This document shows, one piece after another, positions 1-8,932 of a stretch of 64,000 bases of DNA. A program made the position numbers and the translations under genes. This DNA comes from Rhodobacter sp. GTDB taxonomy: Bacteria > Pseudomonadota > Alphaproteobacteria > Rhodobacterales > Rhodobacteraceae. The stretch lies in the NCBI GenBank assembly GCA_022824145.1, contig JAJEAY010000139.1, positions 9,781 to 73,780 of the forward strand. Direction: 5' to 3'. Numbering within the stretch: position 1 is the first letter of the stretch; each line of letters opens with the position of its first letter. The notes beneath the pieces are model-generated. The model was not told the DNA's origin. It worked only from the letters and a program-made list of their open reading frames with translations, and searched no databases.

Positions 1-1625
1 TTCAGGTACTGGTCGCCCAGCTTTCTGGCGCTCTGCAAGAGCGAGGTATCGGAAAGGGCGACAGGGTCATCATCTACATGCCCATGGTTCCGGAAGCGAT
101 TGTCGCGATGCTTGCGGTCACCAGGATAGGAGCGATTCACTCCGTCGTGTTCGGCGGTTTCGCCTCGAACGAACTCGCTGTCCGAATCGATGATTGTCAG
201 CCGAAAGCGATCCTGTCTGCATCCTGCGGAATCGAGCCTGGCCGCGTGGTGGAGTACAAACCGCTGCTCGACGGCGCGATCGAGATGGCTTCGCACAGTC
301 CCGACTTCACCCTGATCCTCCAGCGGGAGCAGGCGTCGGCAAGCCTGGTGGACGGCCGCGATTTTGACTGGAACCAGGCACAGGAAAGTGCCAGCCCGGC
401 CGACTGCGTGTTTGTTGAAGGCAACCAACCGGCATACATTCTCTATACATCCGGTACGACTGGCCAACCGAAGGGAGTCGTCCGGCCTACTGGCGGTCAT
501 CTTGTCGCCCTGAACTGGACAATGAAAAACGTCTACAACGTTGATCCCGGGGATGTGTTCTGGGCGGCTTCGGACGTGGGTTGGGTCGTTGGCCATAGCT
601 ACATTTGCTACGCACCCTTGATTCATGGAAACACAACCATTGTTTTTGAAGGAAAACCGGTCGGAACTCCCGATTCCGGAACCTTCTGGCGTATAATCTC
701 GGAACACAGCGTCCGCTGTTTCTTTACCGCCCCAACGGCGTTCAGGGCGATAAAACGGGACGACCCACAAGGTGAATTCCTGAAGGGGCATGACCTAACC
801 TGCCTGGACACGCTCTATCTTGCTGGCGAGCGCGCGGATCCGGATACCATTGAATGGGCAAAAGACCTTCTTGATGTTCCGGTGATCGACCATTGGTGGC
901 AGACCGAGACCGGCTACACGATTGCGGGAAATCCAATGGGAATCGAACAGCTTCCCGTCAAGCTCGGTTCGCCAACGGTGCCGATGCCCGGTTACCAGAT
1001 CAAGATACTCGATGACGACGGCCATCCGGTTCCGACCGGCGAATTGGGTTCGATCGCGATCAAGCTCCCTCTGCCTCCAGGAACGCTTCCGACGCTGTGG
1101 AACGCGGAGGACCGGTTCCGGAAATCGTATCTCGAGCGCTTCCCAGGCTACTACGACACCGGCGACGCGGGCATGAGCGACGAGGACGGATATGTCTGGA
1201 TAATGGCCCGCACGGACGACGTCATCAATGTCGCGGGGCACCGACTGTCCACCGGCGGCATGGAGGAGGTTCTAGCGTCCCATCCGGACGTTGCGGAATG
1301 TGCGGTCGTCGGGGTTGCTGACGCCCTGAAAGGCCAGCTGCCTATGGGGTTTGTCTGCCTCACGAAGGGCGTCAGCAGGCCAAATGGAGAAATCACGGCT
1401 GAATGCGTACGACTTGTCCGCGACCGCATTGGGCCGGTTGCCGCATTCAAACTAGTGGCAGTCGTTGACCGCCTACCGAAGACCCGCTCGGGAAAGATCC
1501 TTCGCGCGACAATGGCCAAGATTGCGGACGGCATCGAATTCAAACAGCCCGCAACCATCGACGACCCGGCTATCCTGGATGAAATTCGCGAGGCTGTGGC
1601 CGGACTTGGCTATCCTCTGCAATAG
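1..1625 (+). CDS. prpE: Propionate--CoA ligase (AMP-forming acyl-CoA synthetase, PrpE-like); 5' end cut by window edge
   Basis: The frame of ORF 78..1625 stays open back to base 3 (..GDRVIIYMPMVPEA..). AMP-binding motif YTSGTTGQPKGV, HWWQTETG, and [11 protein letters not shown] are present. The TIDDPAILDEIREA tail is typical of PrpE rather than Acs. Confidence 0.85.
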   Translation, partial: QVLVAQLSGALQERGIGKGDRVIIYMPMVPEAIVAMLAVTRIGAIHSVVFGGFASNELAVRIDDCQPKAILSASCGIEPGRVVEYKPLLDGAIEMASHSPDFTLILQREQASASLVDGRDFDWNQAQESASPADCVFVEGNQPAYILYTSGTTGQPKGVVRPTGGHLVALNWTMKNVYNVDPGDVFWAASDVGWVVGHSYICYAPLIHGNTTIVFEGKPVGTPDSGTFWRIISEHSVRCFFTAPTAFRAIKRDDPQGEFLKGHDLTCLDTLYLAGERADPDTIEWAKDLLDVPVIDHWWQTETGYTIAGNPMGIEQLPVKLGSPTVPMPGYQIKILDDDGHPVPTGELGSIAIKLPLPPGTLPTLWNAEDRFRKSYLERFPGYYDTGDAGMSDEDGYVWIMARTDDVINVAGHRLSTGGMEEVLASHPDVAECAVVGVADALKGQLPMGFVCLTKGVSRPNGEITAECVRLVRDRIGPVAAFKLVAVVDRLPKTRSGKILRATMAKIADGIEFKQPATIDDPAILDEIREAVAGLGYPLQ

Positions 1626-2245
1626 GTCGGCCCCGCCCCTTCGCCCGGAAAGTTCTTCACTTCGGCAAAAATCCCACCGGCTGGGAAAGTCTCCGCTTGC
1701 TTATGGCTTTACGGGCAAATACAGAACGTGGCTTATGGAATTCCTTTCCATCAAACCTTCCCTCGCAGTCGCCGTGAACTTTGCGGTTGCGTAGAAACAG
1801 GACAGTCCAGTTCCATGGATTGAAATGCGCCGATACAGATGACGTCGCTCGGTGGTATAGTCCGAAAGGTCAGGCAGACCGGGACCGGACGCCAAGGTTC
1901 AGTCATTCCAAGCGTGTTGGCTCAGTAGCCCCACTAACGCCGGAGGCTATCATGATCCATTACGTGGCGGGTGCCAGCCGCAGCAGCCTTCTGCCCTTGT
2001 TGCGATGGAACCACGCACGCCGCAGACGGTCAAAAGAATTGGCTGTCAGCGGCATCCGGGCCTGCGCAGTCCATCACCGCAACGGCAGCACTTGCTTTGG
2101 AACCGAGCCGGCCTATTGTGACGACCAAGTCCGAAGCTATGTCAGATAGAGTCGTACCCATGCCCTCAATGGCTCCGAAAACCGAACCGGCTCCCGACGC
2201 CTCGCTCCTGTCGCTGACAGCCCTGCGGAACCGATAGGAAAAAAC

Positions 2246-2734
2246 ATGAAGAAACTGCTCATTTCGATCTGGCTGGCGGTGTTGGCTCCATGCATGGCCT
2301 ACAGTGACATTTTCGAGTTCAGCGAATATGGGGCCGGGAGTTCACGCGCGAAAAAATCGGAATGGCTTCTGCTTGACGACGATCGTGATCCAACCACTGA
2401 TCCGTATCCGTGGGGAATGACCGCCACCTGCGACGGGAAGGGCAGCTATGAGTTTGCCATCGCCCTTCACGGCATCGTTTCCAGACGGCCCAAGGCGGTG
2501 GACGTCGAATACAAAGTTGGAGACGGGGAGACGGTCGCAACCCAAGGTTTTGCACTGGACTCGATTCTTACGGGCCTTTCCAAGTCTCTTGGAACCGATC
2601 TGTCAGAGGCTGTTTCCCTGGGTCTGACCATTGTTCTGGGCGTAACCGGCGAGTCAGCTACATGGTCAACGACTTTCGAGGGATACGATCCTGACCCGGA
2701 CAGGATTGAATTCGTTTCCGGCGGCTGTCGATAA
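2246..2734 (+). CDS. Hypothetical secreted/lipoprotein-like protein
   Basis: ATG preceded by GGAAAAAAC. N-terminal signal-like MKKLLISIWLAVLAPCMAYS. No recognisable domain. Confidence 0.5.
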   Translation: MKKLLISIWLAVLAPCMAYSDIFEFSEYGAGSSRAKKSEWLLLDDDRDPTTDPYPWGMTATCDGKGSYEFAIALHGIVSRRPKAVDVEYKVGDGETVATQGFALDSILTGLSKSLGTDLSEAVSLGLTIVLGVTGESATWSTTFEGYDPDPDRIEFVSGGCR

Positions 2735-2927
2735 ATTCGGACAGGCAGACTGAATAGCCAGACCGGCCAGATGCCCCTCTACCTGTCCATCGCATGGATT
2801 TTCCATTCCCCATGCGGGAGTCACAATTCCTCACCCTTGCGATAAGGGTTTTCCACATTGAGGGCACATCCTGAACCAATCCGACTGAGGGGACTGGAAA
2901 GTTCGGTGGATTCCCGCTCTGAACGGT

Positions 2928-3686
2928 TCAACGGTTCAGGAATACTCGAACCGCAGCCTCGAATTCCCGCGGTTTCTCCGCGTGGAGCCAATGCCCGGCG
3001 TCAGGTATCTTTGCAAAGCGCGCGGACGAAAAAACAGTCCTGGCCTTGGCGCGGCCTTTCGAATTGACATAGTCACTGTCGGCACCTGCCAGAAAGAGCG
3101 TCGGATGGTCTGACTCCGCATCGAACTCCGGCCAGCCCGTTATTCTGTCCATCTCGGCCTGCAGAACGTCAAGGTTGAGTCGCCAGCGCTTCTCCTTCAA
3201 GTCAAGCGATTGCAGCAGAAACGCCCTCACGCTGGGCTCTTCGATGGACTCGCGCAACATCGCGTCGGCGTCGGAGCGCAGTCTGACAGCAGACAGATCA
3301 ACCGTGCGCATCGCTTCAATGAGGCGGCTTTGGCCGTGATCATAGGCAACCGGTGCGATATCAGCGACGACAAGGCGCCTGACCATCCTGGGATACAGAA
3401 GCGCAACCGCCATCGAAGCCTTGCCTCCCATGGAATGGCCTACAACGTCTGCGCGGCCGCCAAGGGATTCAATCACCTCCGCAAGGTCTGCAGCGAGGTC
3501 TTCATAGCGGTGGCTGTTTCGCCAATCGCTCCAACCATGGTTGCGCATATCTACGGTCAGCACCCTGCGATCCGCAGCCAGTCGATTTGCAACGGCATTC
3601 CAGTTCCTTCCGGATCCGAAGAGACCATGCGCGATCAACAATGGGGCTTGATCGGAACCGGAACCGTGCTCATATACCTGGATCAT
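2928..3686 (-). CDS. Alpha/beta hydrolase (YbfF-like esterase)
   Basis: HGLFGSGRNWN near the N-terminus, nucleophile elbow GHSMGGK, C-terminal GHWLHAE. Confidence 0.85.
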   Translation of the reverse strand: MIQVYEHGSGSDQAPLLIAHGLFGSGRNWNAVANRLAADRRVLTVDMRNHGWSDWRNSHRYEDLAADLAEVIESLGGRADVVGHSMGGKASMAVALLYPRMVRRLVVADIAPVAYDHGQSRLIEAMRTVDLSAVRLRSDADAMLRESIEEPSVRAFLLQSLDLKEKRWRLNLDVLQAEMDRITGWPEFDAESDHPTLFLAGADSDYVNSKGRAKARTVFSSARFAKIPDAGHWLHAEKPREFEAAVRVFLNR

Positions 3687-3826
3687 GGCAGTTTGAATAA
3701 ATGAGCGCGTCAGTGCAGTCCAGACTGCCGACGTGGCGTTTGAGCCGCGTTCCTTCCGAATTCGAACTGCGATGGGGGATCGATCCGGCGATCCATCCCC
3801 TGCCCTGCCCGGCAGCCTGACTCAGT

Positions 3827-5122
3827 TCAAATGCCTTGATAGATCGGGAAGCGGTCGCAGAGTTCCCTGACTCCGGTCCTCACGCGGTTCTCTACCTCCT
3901 GATTGCCGTCCTCACCGTTTGCCGCGAGGCCGTCAACCACTTCAACAATCCAGTCTGCGATCTGCCGGAATTCTTCGGTTTCGAATCCTCGTGTCGTGCA
4001 GGCGGGGCTCCCAAGCCTGATGCCACTGGTTACAGTCGGCTTTTCATCGTCGAAGGGAATACCGTTTTTGTTGCAGGTAATGCTGGCCCGGCCGAGAGCC
4101 TCTTCAGTCCCATTTCCCTTCACGCCTTTCGGGCGAAGGTCGACGAGCATGACATGGGTGTCGGTACCGCCGGTTACGATATCAAGACCTCCCTTCATCA
4201 ACTGATTGGCCAATGCCTGGGCGTTGGCGATCACCCTTCGGACATAGGTTCTGAATTCCGGCTGCAGCGCCTCCTGGAATGCTACCGCCTTTGCCGCAAT
4301 TACGTGCATGAGCGGCCCTCCCTGAATGCCGGGAAAGACGGCTGAATTGACTTTTCTGGCTATGTCCGCGTCATCCGTCAGAATCATTCCGCCCCTTGGC
4401 CCCCGAAGTGTTTTGTGAGTGGTGGTCGTCGCCACATGGGCATGTGGAAAAGGATTCGGATGTTCTTTCGCTGCAATCAGGCCCGCTATGTGCGCCATAT
4501 CTACATGCAGCCAAGCACCCACTGAATCCGCGATTTCCCGCATCCGGGCAAAGTCAATCTGGCGCGGAATCGCCGAACCCCCGACTATGATGAGCTTCGG
4601 CCGATGCTGAAGGGCCAGTTCCGCAGCCTGATCATAGTCGAAAGCAAGATCCTGCTTTCGAACGCCATACTGCACTGCGTTGAACCACTTGCCCGACTGG
4701 TTTGGCCGGGCACCATGAGTGAGGTGGCCGCCGGCATCGAGGCTCATTCCCAGAATCGTGTCTCCGGGCTGGATCAGAGCCTGAAACACACCTTGGTTGG
4801 CTTGGCTGCCGGAATTTGGCTGGACGTTGGCGAATCCACAGCCAAAAAGTTCCTTTGCGCGCTCGATCGCCAGCGATTCCGCTATGTCGACGAATTCGCA
4901 TCCGCCGTAGTAGCGGCGGCCTGGATAGCCTTCGGCGTATTTGTTGGTCAGTACCGATCCCTGTGCCTGAAGGACCGCTCGGCTGACGATGTTCTCGCTG
5001 GCGATGAGTTCGATTTCATCCCGCTGCCGACCCAGCTCTTTATCGATGGCGTCAAAGATCTCGGGATCTCGGTCCGACAGGTCTTCGGAGAAAAACGGCA
5101 AGTTGCGGTTCGAAGCGTTCAT
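3827..5122 (-). CDS. glyA: Serine hydroxymethyltransferase
   Basis: Full-length SHMT signature (..[35 protein letters not shown].., [14 protein letters not shown]). Start moved to the internal ATG at 5122 (MNASNRN..) because the upstream 12 codons are not SHMT-like. Confidence 0.95.
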   Translation of the reverse strand: MNASNRNLPFFSEDLSDRDPEIFDAIDKELGRQRDEIELIASENIVSRAVLQAQGSVLTNKYAEGYPGRRYYGGCEFVDIAESLAIERAKELFGCGFANVQPNSGSQANQGVFQALIQPGDTILGMSLDAGGHLTHGARPNQSGKWFNAVQYGVRKQDLAFDYDQAAELALQHRPKLIIVGGSAIPRQIDFARMREIADSVGAWLHVDMAHIAGLIAAKEHPNPFPHAHVATTTTHKTLRGPRGGMILTDDADIARKVNSAVFPGIQGGPLMHVIAAKAVAFQEALQPEFRTYVRRVIANAQALANQLMKGGLDIVTGGTDTHVMLVDLRPKGVKGNGTEEALGRASITCNKNGIPFDDEKPTVTSGIRLGSPACTTRGFETEEFRQIADWIVEVVDGLAANGEDGNQEVENRVRTGVRELCDRFPIYQGI

Positions 5123-5492
5123 TGGGCCATTCCTTGCTTTCGGTCTGCAGGGTCGCACTTACCCAATCTGACCGCAGCGGCAAGATCGTCAATGCGACTC
5201 ATTGGATATTGCAAACGCCGGGAACAGCGTCTTTCGCTGTCGGTCCGAACCGGACCATCGCCACAAGGCTGAAGGCATGCGGCAGTTGGAGCGGCATCCG
5301 CTTGAAAGCGTCGTGGTCAACCTAGCGATTCGGAGACGCCTACGGCCAACGAAGGGTCGATTGCCTCCATGCGATCTAGGATTGGACCTTGGGCTCCAGT
5401 TCGTTCCAAAGCTCGTGAATGAATGAAGTTCCACCGCTTTGTCCCCTTGTCTTTCCAGAGAACGCGGGCAATCACTCGGAAAAGGAGTGAAT

Positions 5493-6260
5493 ATGGCCCA
5501 CACCCGCAGGATAGCATTTGCCGCGAGCCGGACAAAGATCGCTCGGGACGCCCTGAAGGAACTGACTGCAGTCTACGGCTCCGTCCCTAAGGCAAGAGCC
5601 GATGTGATCGTCGCGCTTGGCGGCGACGGATTCATGCTCCAGACACTTCATGGAATCATGCATCTGGACGTACCCGTCTACGGCATGAACTGCGGAACCA
5701 TCGGCTTCCTGATGAACGAACACTCCGCTGATGGGCTGACCGAACGCCTTGAAGCAGCAGAGGAAACAGTGATCAATCCCTTGGCAATGTCTGCGGAGGC
5801 ATTGGACGGCACCCTGAAGAAGGGACTGGCGATCAACGAAGTATCGCTCCTGCGAGCCGGCCCACAGGCAGCAAAACTCAGGGTATCGATCGATGGAAAG
5901 GTCCGGATGGACGAGCTTGTCTGTGACGGCGCGCTCGTCAGCACTCCAGCGGGTTCTACGGCTTACAACTATTCAGCGCACGGACCGATACTTCCGATCG
6001 GGTCTGACGTCCTGGCTCTGACGGCAGTGGCCGCGTTCAGGCCGCGCAGGTGGCGGGGCGCGCTCCTCCCAAAATCGGCCGTAGTGCGTTTTGATGTGCT
6101 CGAAGCGGAAAAACGCCCCGTTATGGCAGATGCGGACACCCGCTCGGTTCGGAGGGTCACAGCAGTAGAGGTGCGTTCGGATCCAAGCATTGAGCACCGT
6201 CTGCTGTTCGATCCAGGCCATGGGTTGGAAGAACGGCTTATTCGAGAGCAGTTCGTCTAG
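5493..6260 (+). CDS. nadK: NAD(+) kinase
   Basis: [17 protein letters not shown] and GSTAYNYSA motifs. ATG at 5493 preceded by AAAGGAG at 5481-5487. Confidence 0.9.
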   Translation: MAHTRRIAFAASRTKIARDALKELTAVYGSVPKARADVIVALGGDGFMLQTLHGIMHLDVPVYGMNCGTIGFLMNEHSADGLTERLEAAEETVINPLAMSAEALDGTLKKGLAINEVSLLRAGPQAAKLRVSIDGKVRMDELVCDGALVSTPAGSTAYNYSAHGPILPIGSDVLALTAVAAFRPRRWRGALLPKSAVVRFDVLEAEKRPVMADADTRSVRRVTAVEVRSDPSIEHRLLFDPGHGLEERLIREQFV

Positions 6261-6747
6261 AGGTGCGCAGCAGCATCCACTGTCACCATACACTGCCGTT
6301 GCCACGAGCGACCGCAGAAAAGGAAGTTGGCAGTCGAATGAGTTCTTCATCGATTCGAATCCCGACTGCACCTCGTGTGGTCTAAATCCCTCGAACGACG
6401 TTGTGCGGGCCAATTCGTCTCTGGAAATGCTGCCGGATCGCTGACTTCCAACACAATCCCTTTTTCCGCATTCCCGCAAGCCGCCACCTGTCCGACAGAT
6501 TCGGATGATCGACCACTTGAGGAAAATCCAGTAACTTCAGCACCCTACTCACTGGATTTCATGCGGACGCAAGCATTTGGCGCTGCATCCAAATCCGGTG
6601 ACGTCTGATTGACATCGAACCGGAGCGGTGACACCGGACGGAAATTTCGCGGAAGCAAAAACTATTACTACAATATGTTGCCTTACATCCCAACACAGTG
6701 TAGAGATGCGCCATAGGTGCATAGACGCGGTGATGCATACCTTGACT

Positions 6748-6790
6748 GCGGGATCCACATGACACCGATGTGGATCCCGCTTTCGTTTGT
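6748..6790 (+). terminator. Orphan intrinsic-terminator-like hairpin (13-bp perfect stem, then TTTCGTTTGT)
   Basis: GCGGGATCCACAT (6748-6760), a 7-nt loop, ATGTGGATCCCGC (6768-6780), then a T-rich tract. The T tract follows only on the + strand. No credible + strand CDS ends here. Confidence 0.5.
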
Positions 6791-7349
6791 CAAGGTGCCG
6801 AAGTCTGGAATCAGTGAAGGCGCCAGGTGCTCAGACGCGGTCTTCGCATTTGCCTTGCGGCATACCCTGACGCCTTCCAGAACACGAATCACCTGACGGC
6901 GATCCTTGTCCACGCTCAGATCCCTCAGGACCGTCGCTGCCGCTCGGATCTCGCGACCCTCACAGCCTGCCCATGGTCTCACGACCATATGCAGCAGCCA
7001 ATTGGCGACACGCAACCCGTTCCGACCTCCTAAGGCTCTTGCGAACCTGCACAGGACCGCCGTTCCGAAAGCTCACGCCACTCGGCGGGAAGCGCTCCAG
7101 TCCGCCAAGCCTGCCCATTCCACGTCCGAAGACGTTTCGTGTTTCGGCCGACCTTCCGAAACCCCCACCTTGCGACAGCAATCCAAGGATTGCCACCGCT
7201 CCGTTTCGGCGTCGGAGACCTTTGCGCCACGCTCCGGTTCCCAGAACCTTCCGCGCATTTGTACAGTTGCATCTACACATGCGTGTTACAAGAAAAAATA
7301 TACTGCAAATCAATATTTTCTGTGGAAAACCTGTTGAATTACTTTTGGA

Positions 7350-7386
7350 AATCCGGTGGATAATCCAACCCGCCGGATTCTTTTGG
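7350..7386 (+). terminator. Orphan terminator-like hairpin downstream of an AT-rich patch
   Basis: AATCCGGTGG (7350-7359) pairs with CCGCCGGATT (7370-7379), with one G-U pair, then CTTTTGG. The AT-rich 7262-7345 upstream contains TATACT at 7299-7304. Confidence 0.4.
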
Positions 7387-7649
7387 ATGTGACTTGTTCC
7401 GCAAAGGCAGCTGAACGCCTTGGGAGAGGCCGAAAACGGGCAATTCGGAAGCGAATTGAACGATCACCCGAATCACCTTCGGCAACAGCTGGTTGTCACA
7501 ACCTCGGTGCGCAACCGCATCGCATCAATCCAGATTCCAGGTCGGTCGACGACATGGAACCCCATTAGCGAATTTCGGCGCGTCTTCCGGAATTCCGAGA
7601 TTGGATTCGCATTTGGTCGCAGATGCCACCATTCGCACCGTAGCAAAGG

Positions 7650-8090
7650 CTAAGTAGCGCCTTCTCCGCTGGCCGCAAGCCTGTCGATCTGACGCGCCAG
7701 CGCGGGAATGACATAGCCCGCACGTGCAAGGCCTTTCATGATCTCAGCCGTAGGACTTCGCCCCGCCCGGCCAAGCGCCCAGGCTGTCGCGGATCGGGTT
7801 CCAGTGCGGCACCATGCCAGAACCGGCCCACCTTGAGACTCCGCGGCCTCCCGCTGGCGCTTTATCGCGCCCGGGGTCATGCCGCCGTTGTCTATCGGAT
7901 TGTCAATGTATACCAGACCAGCAGCTTCCGCCGCCGCCTGCATCAGGTCGGCTCGGAGATCAGCCGGGATTTCTGCGTCAGGCCGATTGTTGATGACGGC
8001 CACAAATCCTTCGGCAGCGGCTGCTGCCATGTCATTCGGTTCCAGCTGAGGTGAAACCGCGAATTCAGGTGTAATGCGACGGATGTCCAT
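7650..8090 (-). CDS. DUF442 / TIGR01244-type sulfur-transferase-like (phosphatase-fold) protein
   Basis: MDIRRITPEFAVSPQL..AVINNRPDAE..CRTGTRS matches the DUF442 pattern with a Cys-X5-Arg-like loop. The ORF track start at 8111 is a GTG; the ATG at 8090 fits family N-termini better. Confidence 0.8.
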   Translation of the reverse strand: MDIRRITPEFAVSPQLEPNDMAAAAAEGFVAVINNRPDAEIPADLRADLMQAAAEAAGLVYIDNPIDNGGMTPGAIKRQREAAESQGGPVLAWCRTGTRSATAWALGRAGRSPTAEIMKGLARAGYVIPALARQIDRLAASGEGAT

Positions 8091-8352
8091 GGTGTCATCT
8101 TTTACGTTCACTCCATTGCGAAGTCCACCCGTCTACGTCACGTTCCCGCAGTTCCCGGAAACTCTTTAGCGCATCGTCGATTCATATGTACAGAGACTAA
8201 CACAAGGGACTTGACCCGGAACTGGCCGAACACACGAGGTGCATCGCCCTCGTCGGCACCGAAGGTTGCGCCAACGTCATCTTTGCCTCCAGCAGCGAAG
8301 GCGGCATGTGATGAATTATGGTCAACCAATTCCGGAAATGAGGAGAAATTTC

Positions 8353-8667
8353 ATGTCACGTGAGTTCCGCGTTGACGTTCGCAGATGTGAAGACACACGC
8401 GTCTTGTTGGCCACCAGCCCAGACATACACGGCCTGGTTATCGAAGCTGGAACGATCGGACGCGTTACGGACGTAATTGAAGAACATGCCCCACGCCTCA
8501 TTGAAACGAATCTCGGCGTGAAACCCGACGAGGGATATGTGATCAATGTACGGTATATTCCGTCAAATTCACCGACGGTACAGAGATTAATCAACGTGGA
8601 GGTCCCGTTGGAGGCACAAGCGGACCAAGCCCGGCAGGGTATTGGCGCAAAGTTGGGAGACACCTGA
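8353..8667 (+). CDS. DUF1902 domain protein (HicB-N-like antitoxin fold)
   Basis: ATG at 8353 preceded by AGGAGA (8341-8346). FRVDV..LLATSPDIHGLVIEAGTIGRVTDVIEEHAPRLIETN fits the DUF1902 pattern F.V....a.S.DipGL.tEA.t.eel... Confidence 0.7.
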   Translation: MSREFRVDVRRCEDTRVLLATSPDIHGLVIEAGTIGRVTDVIEEHAPRLIETNLGVKPDEGYVINVRYIPSNSPTVQRLINVEVPLEAQADQARQGIGAKLGDT

Positions 8668-8817
8668 AGTTGCAGGATGGCCAGTGGCAAGGCGAGTCAC
8701 GAATTTTGGCCCTGCGTGCACCGCACCGCCCGAAATGTACCTGTCCCTGTGAAAGTCAAGAGCAGGCATACTGCCAACGAAATCCGGAAAGCAGCCGGGA
8801 TGGGTAAGAAATTCTAG
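8642..8817 (+). pseudogene. hicA: Frameshifted or N-terminally truncated HicA-like toxin remnant
   Basis: The 46-codon ORF 8677..8817 reads MASGKASHEFWPCVHRTARNVPVPVKVKSRHTANEIRKAAGMGKKF. This fits the HicA core GSH..f....g..vtvP.h.....gt...I.kqaG. The missing N-terminal ..AGW.. element is present one frame over (TTG 8642: LAQSWETPEVAGWPVA). One indel near 8685-8692 would restore a HicA of about 59 aa. Confidence 0.45.
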
Positions 8818-8932
8818 TGCGGCGGCTCATTTTTGGCTCAGCATTTCGGAACAGCGCAGTTGGCGGTTCCAAGTCTGGAAATCCCTGATTTGCCAGAGAT
8901 CGCACATCCTTCAATTCAATGAAGCTGCAAAT

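Noticed and set aside
1868-1889. GGTCAGGCAGACCGGGACCGGA, reminiscent of the SRP (4.5S) RNA domain IV words GGUCAGGUCCGGAAGG.
   Set aside because: The conserved GGAAGCAGCC partner and the symmetric helix are missing.
5123-5450. Possible ZTP (pfl) riboswitch ahead of glyA.
   Set aside because: The conserved CGCCUGGG / GACUGGCG cores are not present on the glyA strand.
6354-6362. TTCGAATCC, a tRNA T-loop-like string that could mark a tRNA gene or an att-site remnant.
   Set aside because: The flanking bases do not form a T-stem or an acceptor stem on either strand. No cloverleaf can be drawn. It is most likely chance.
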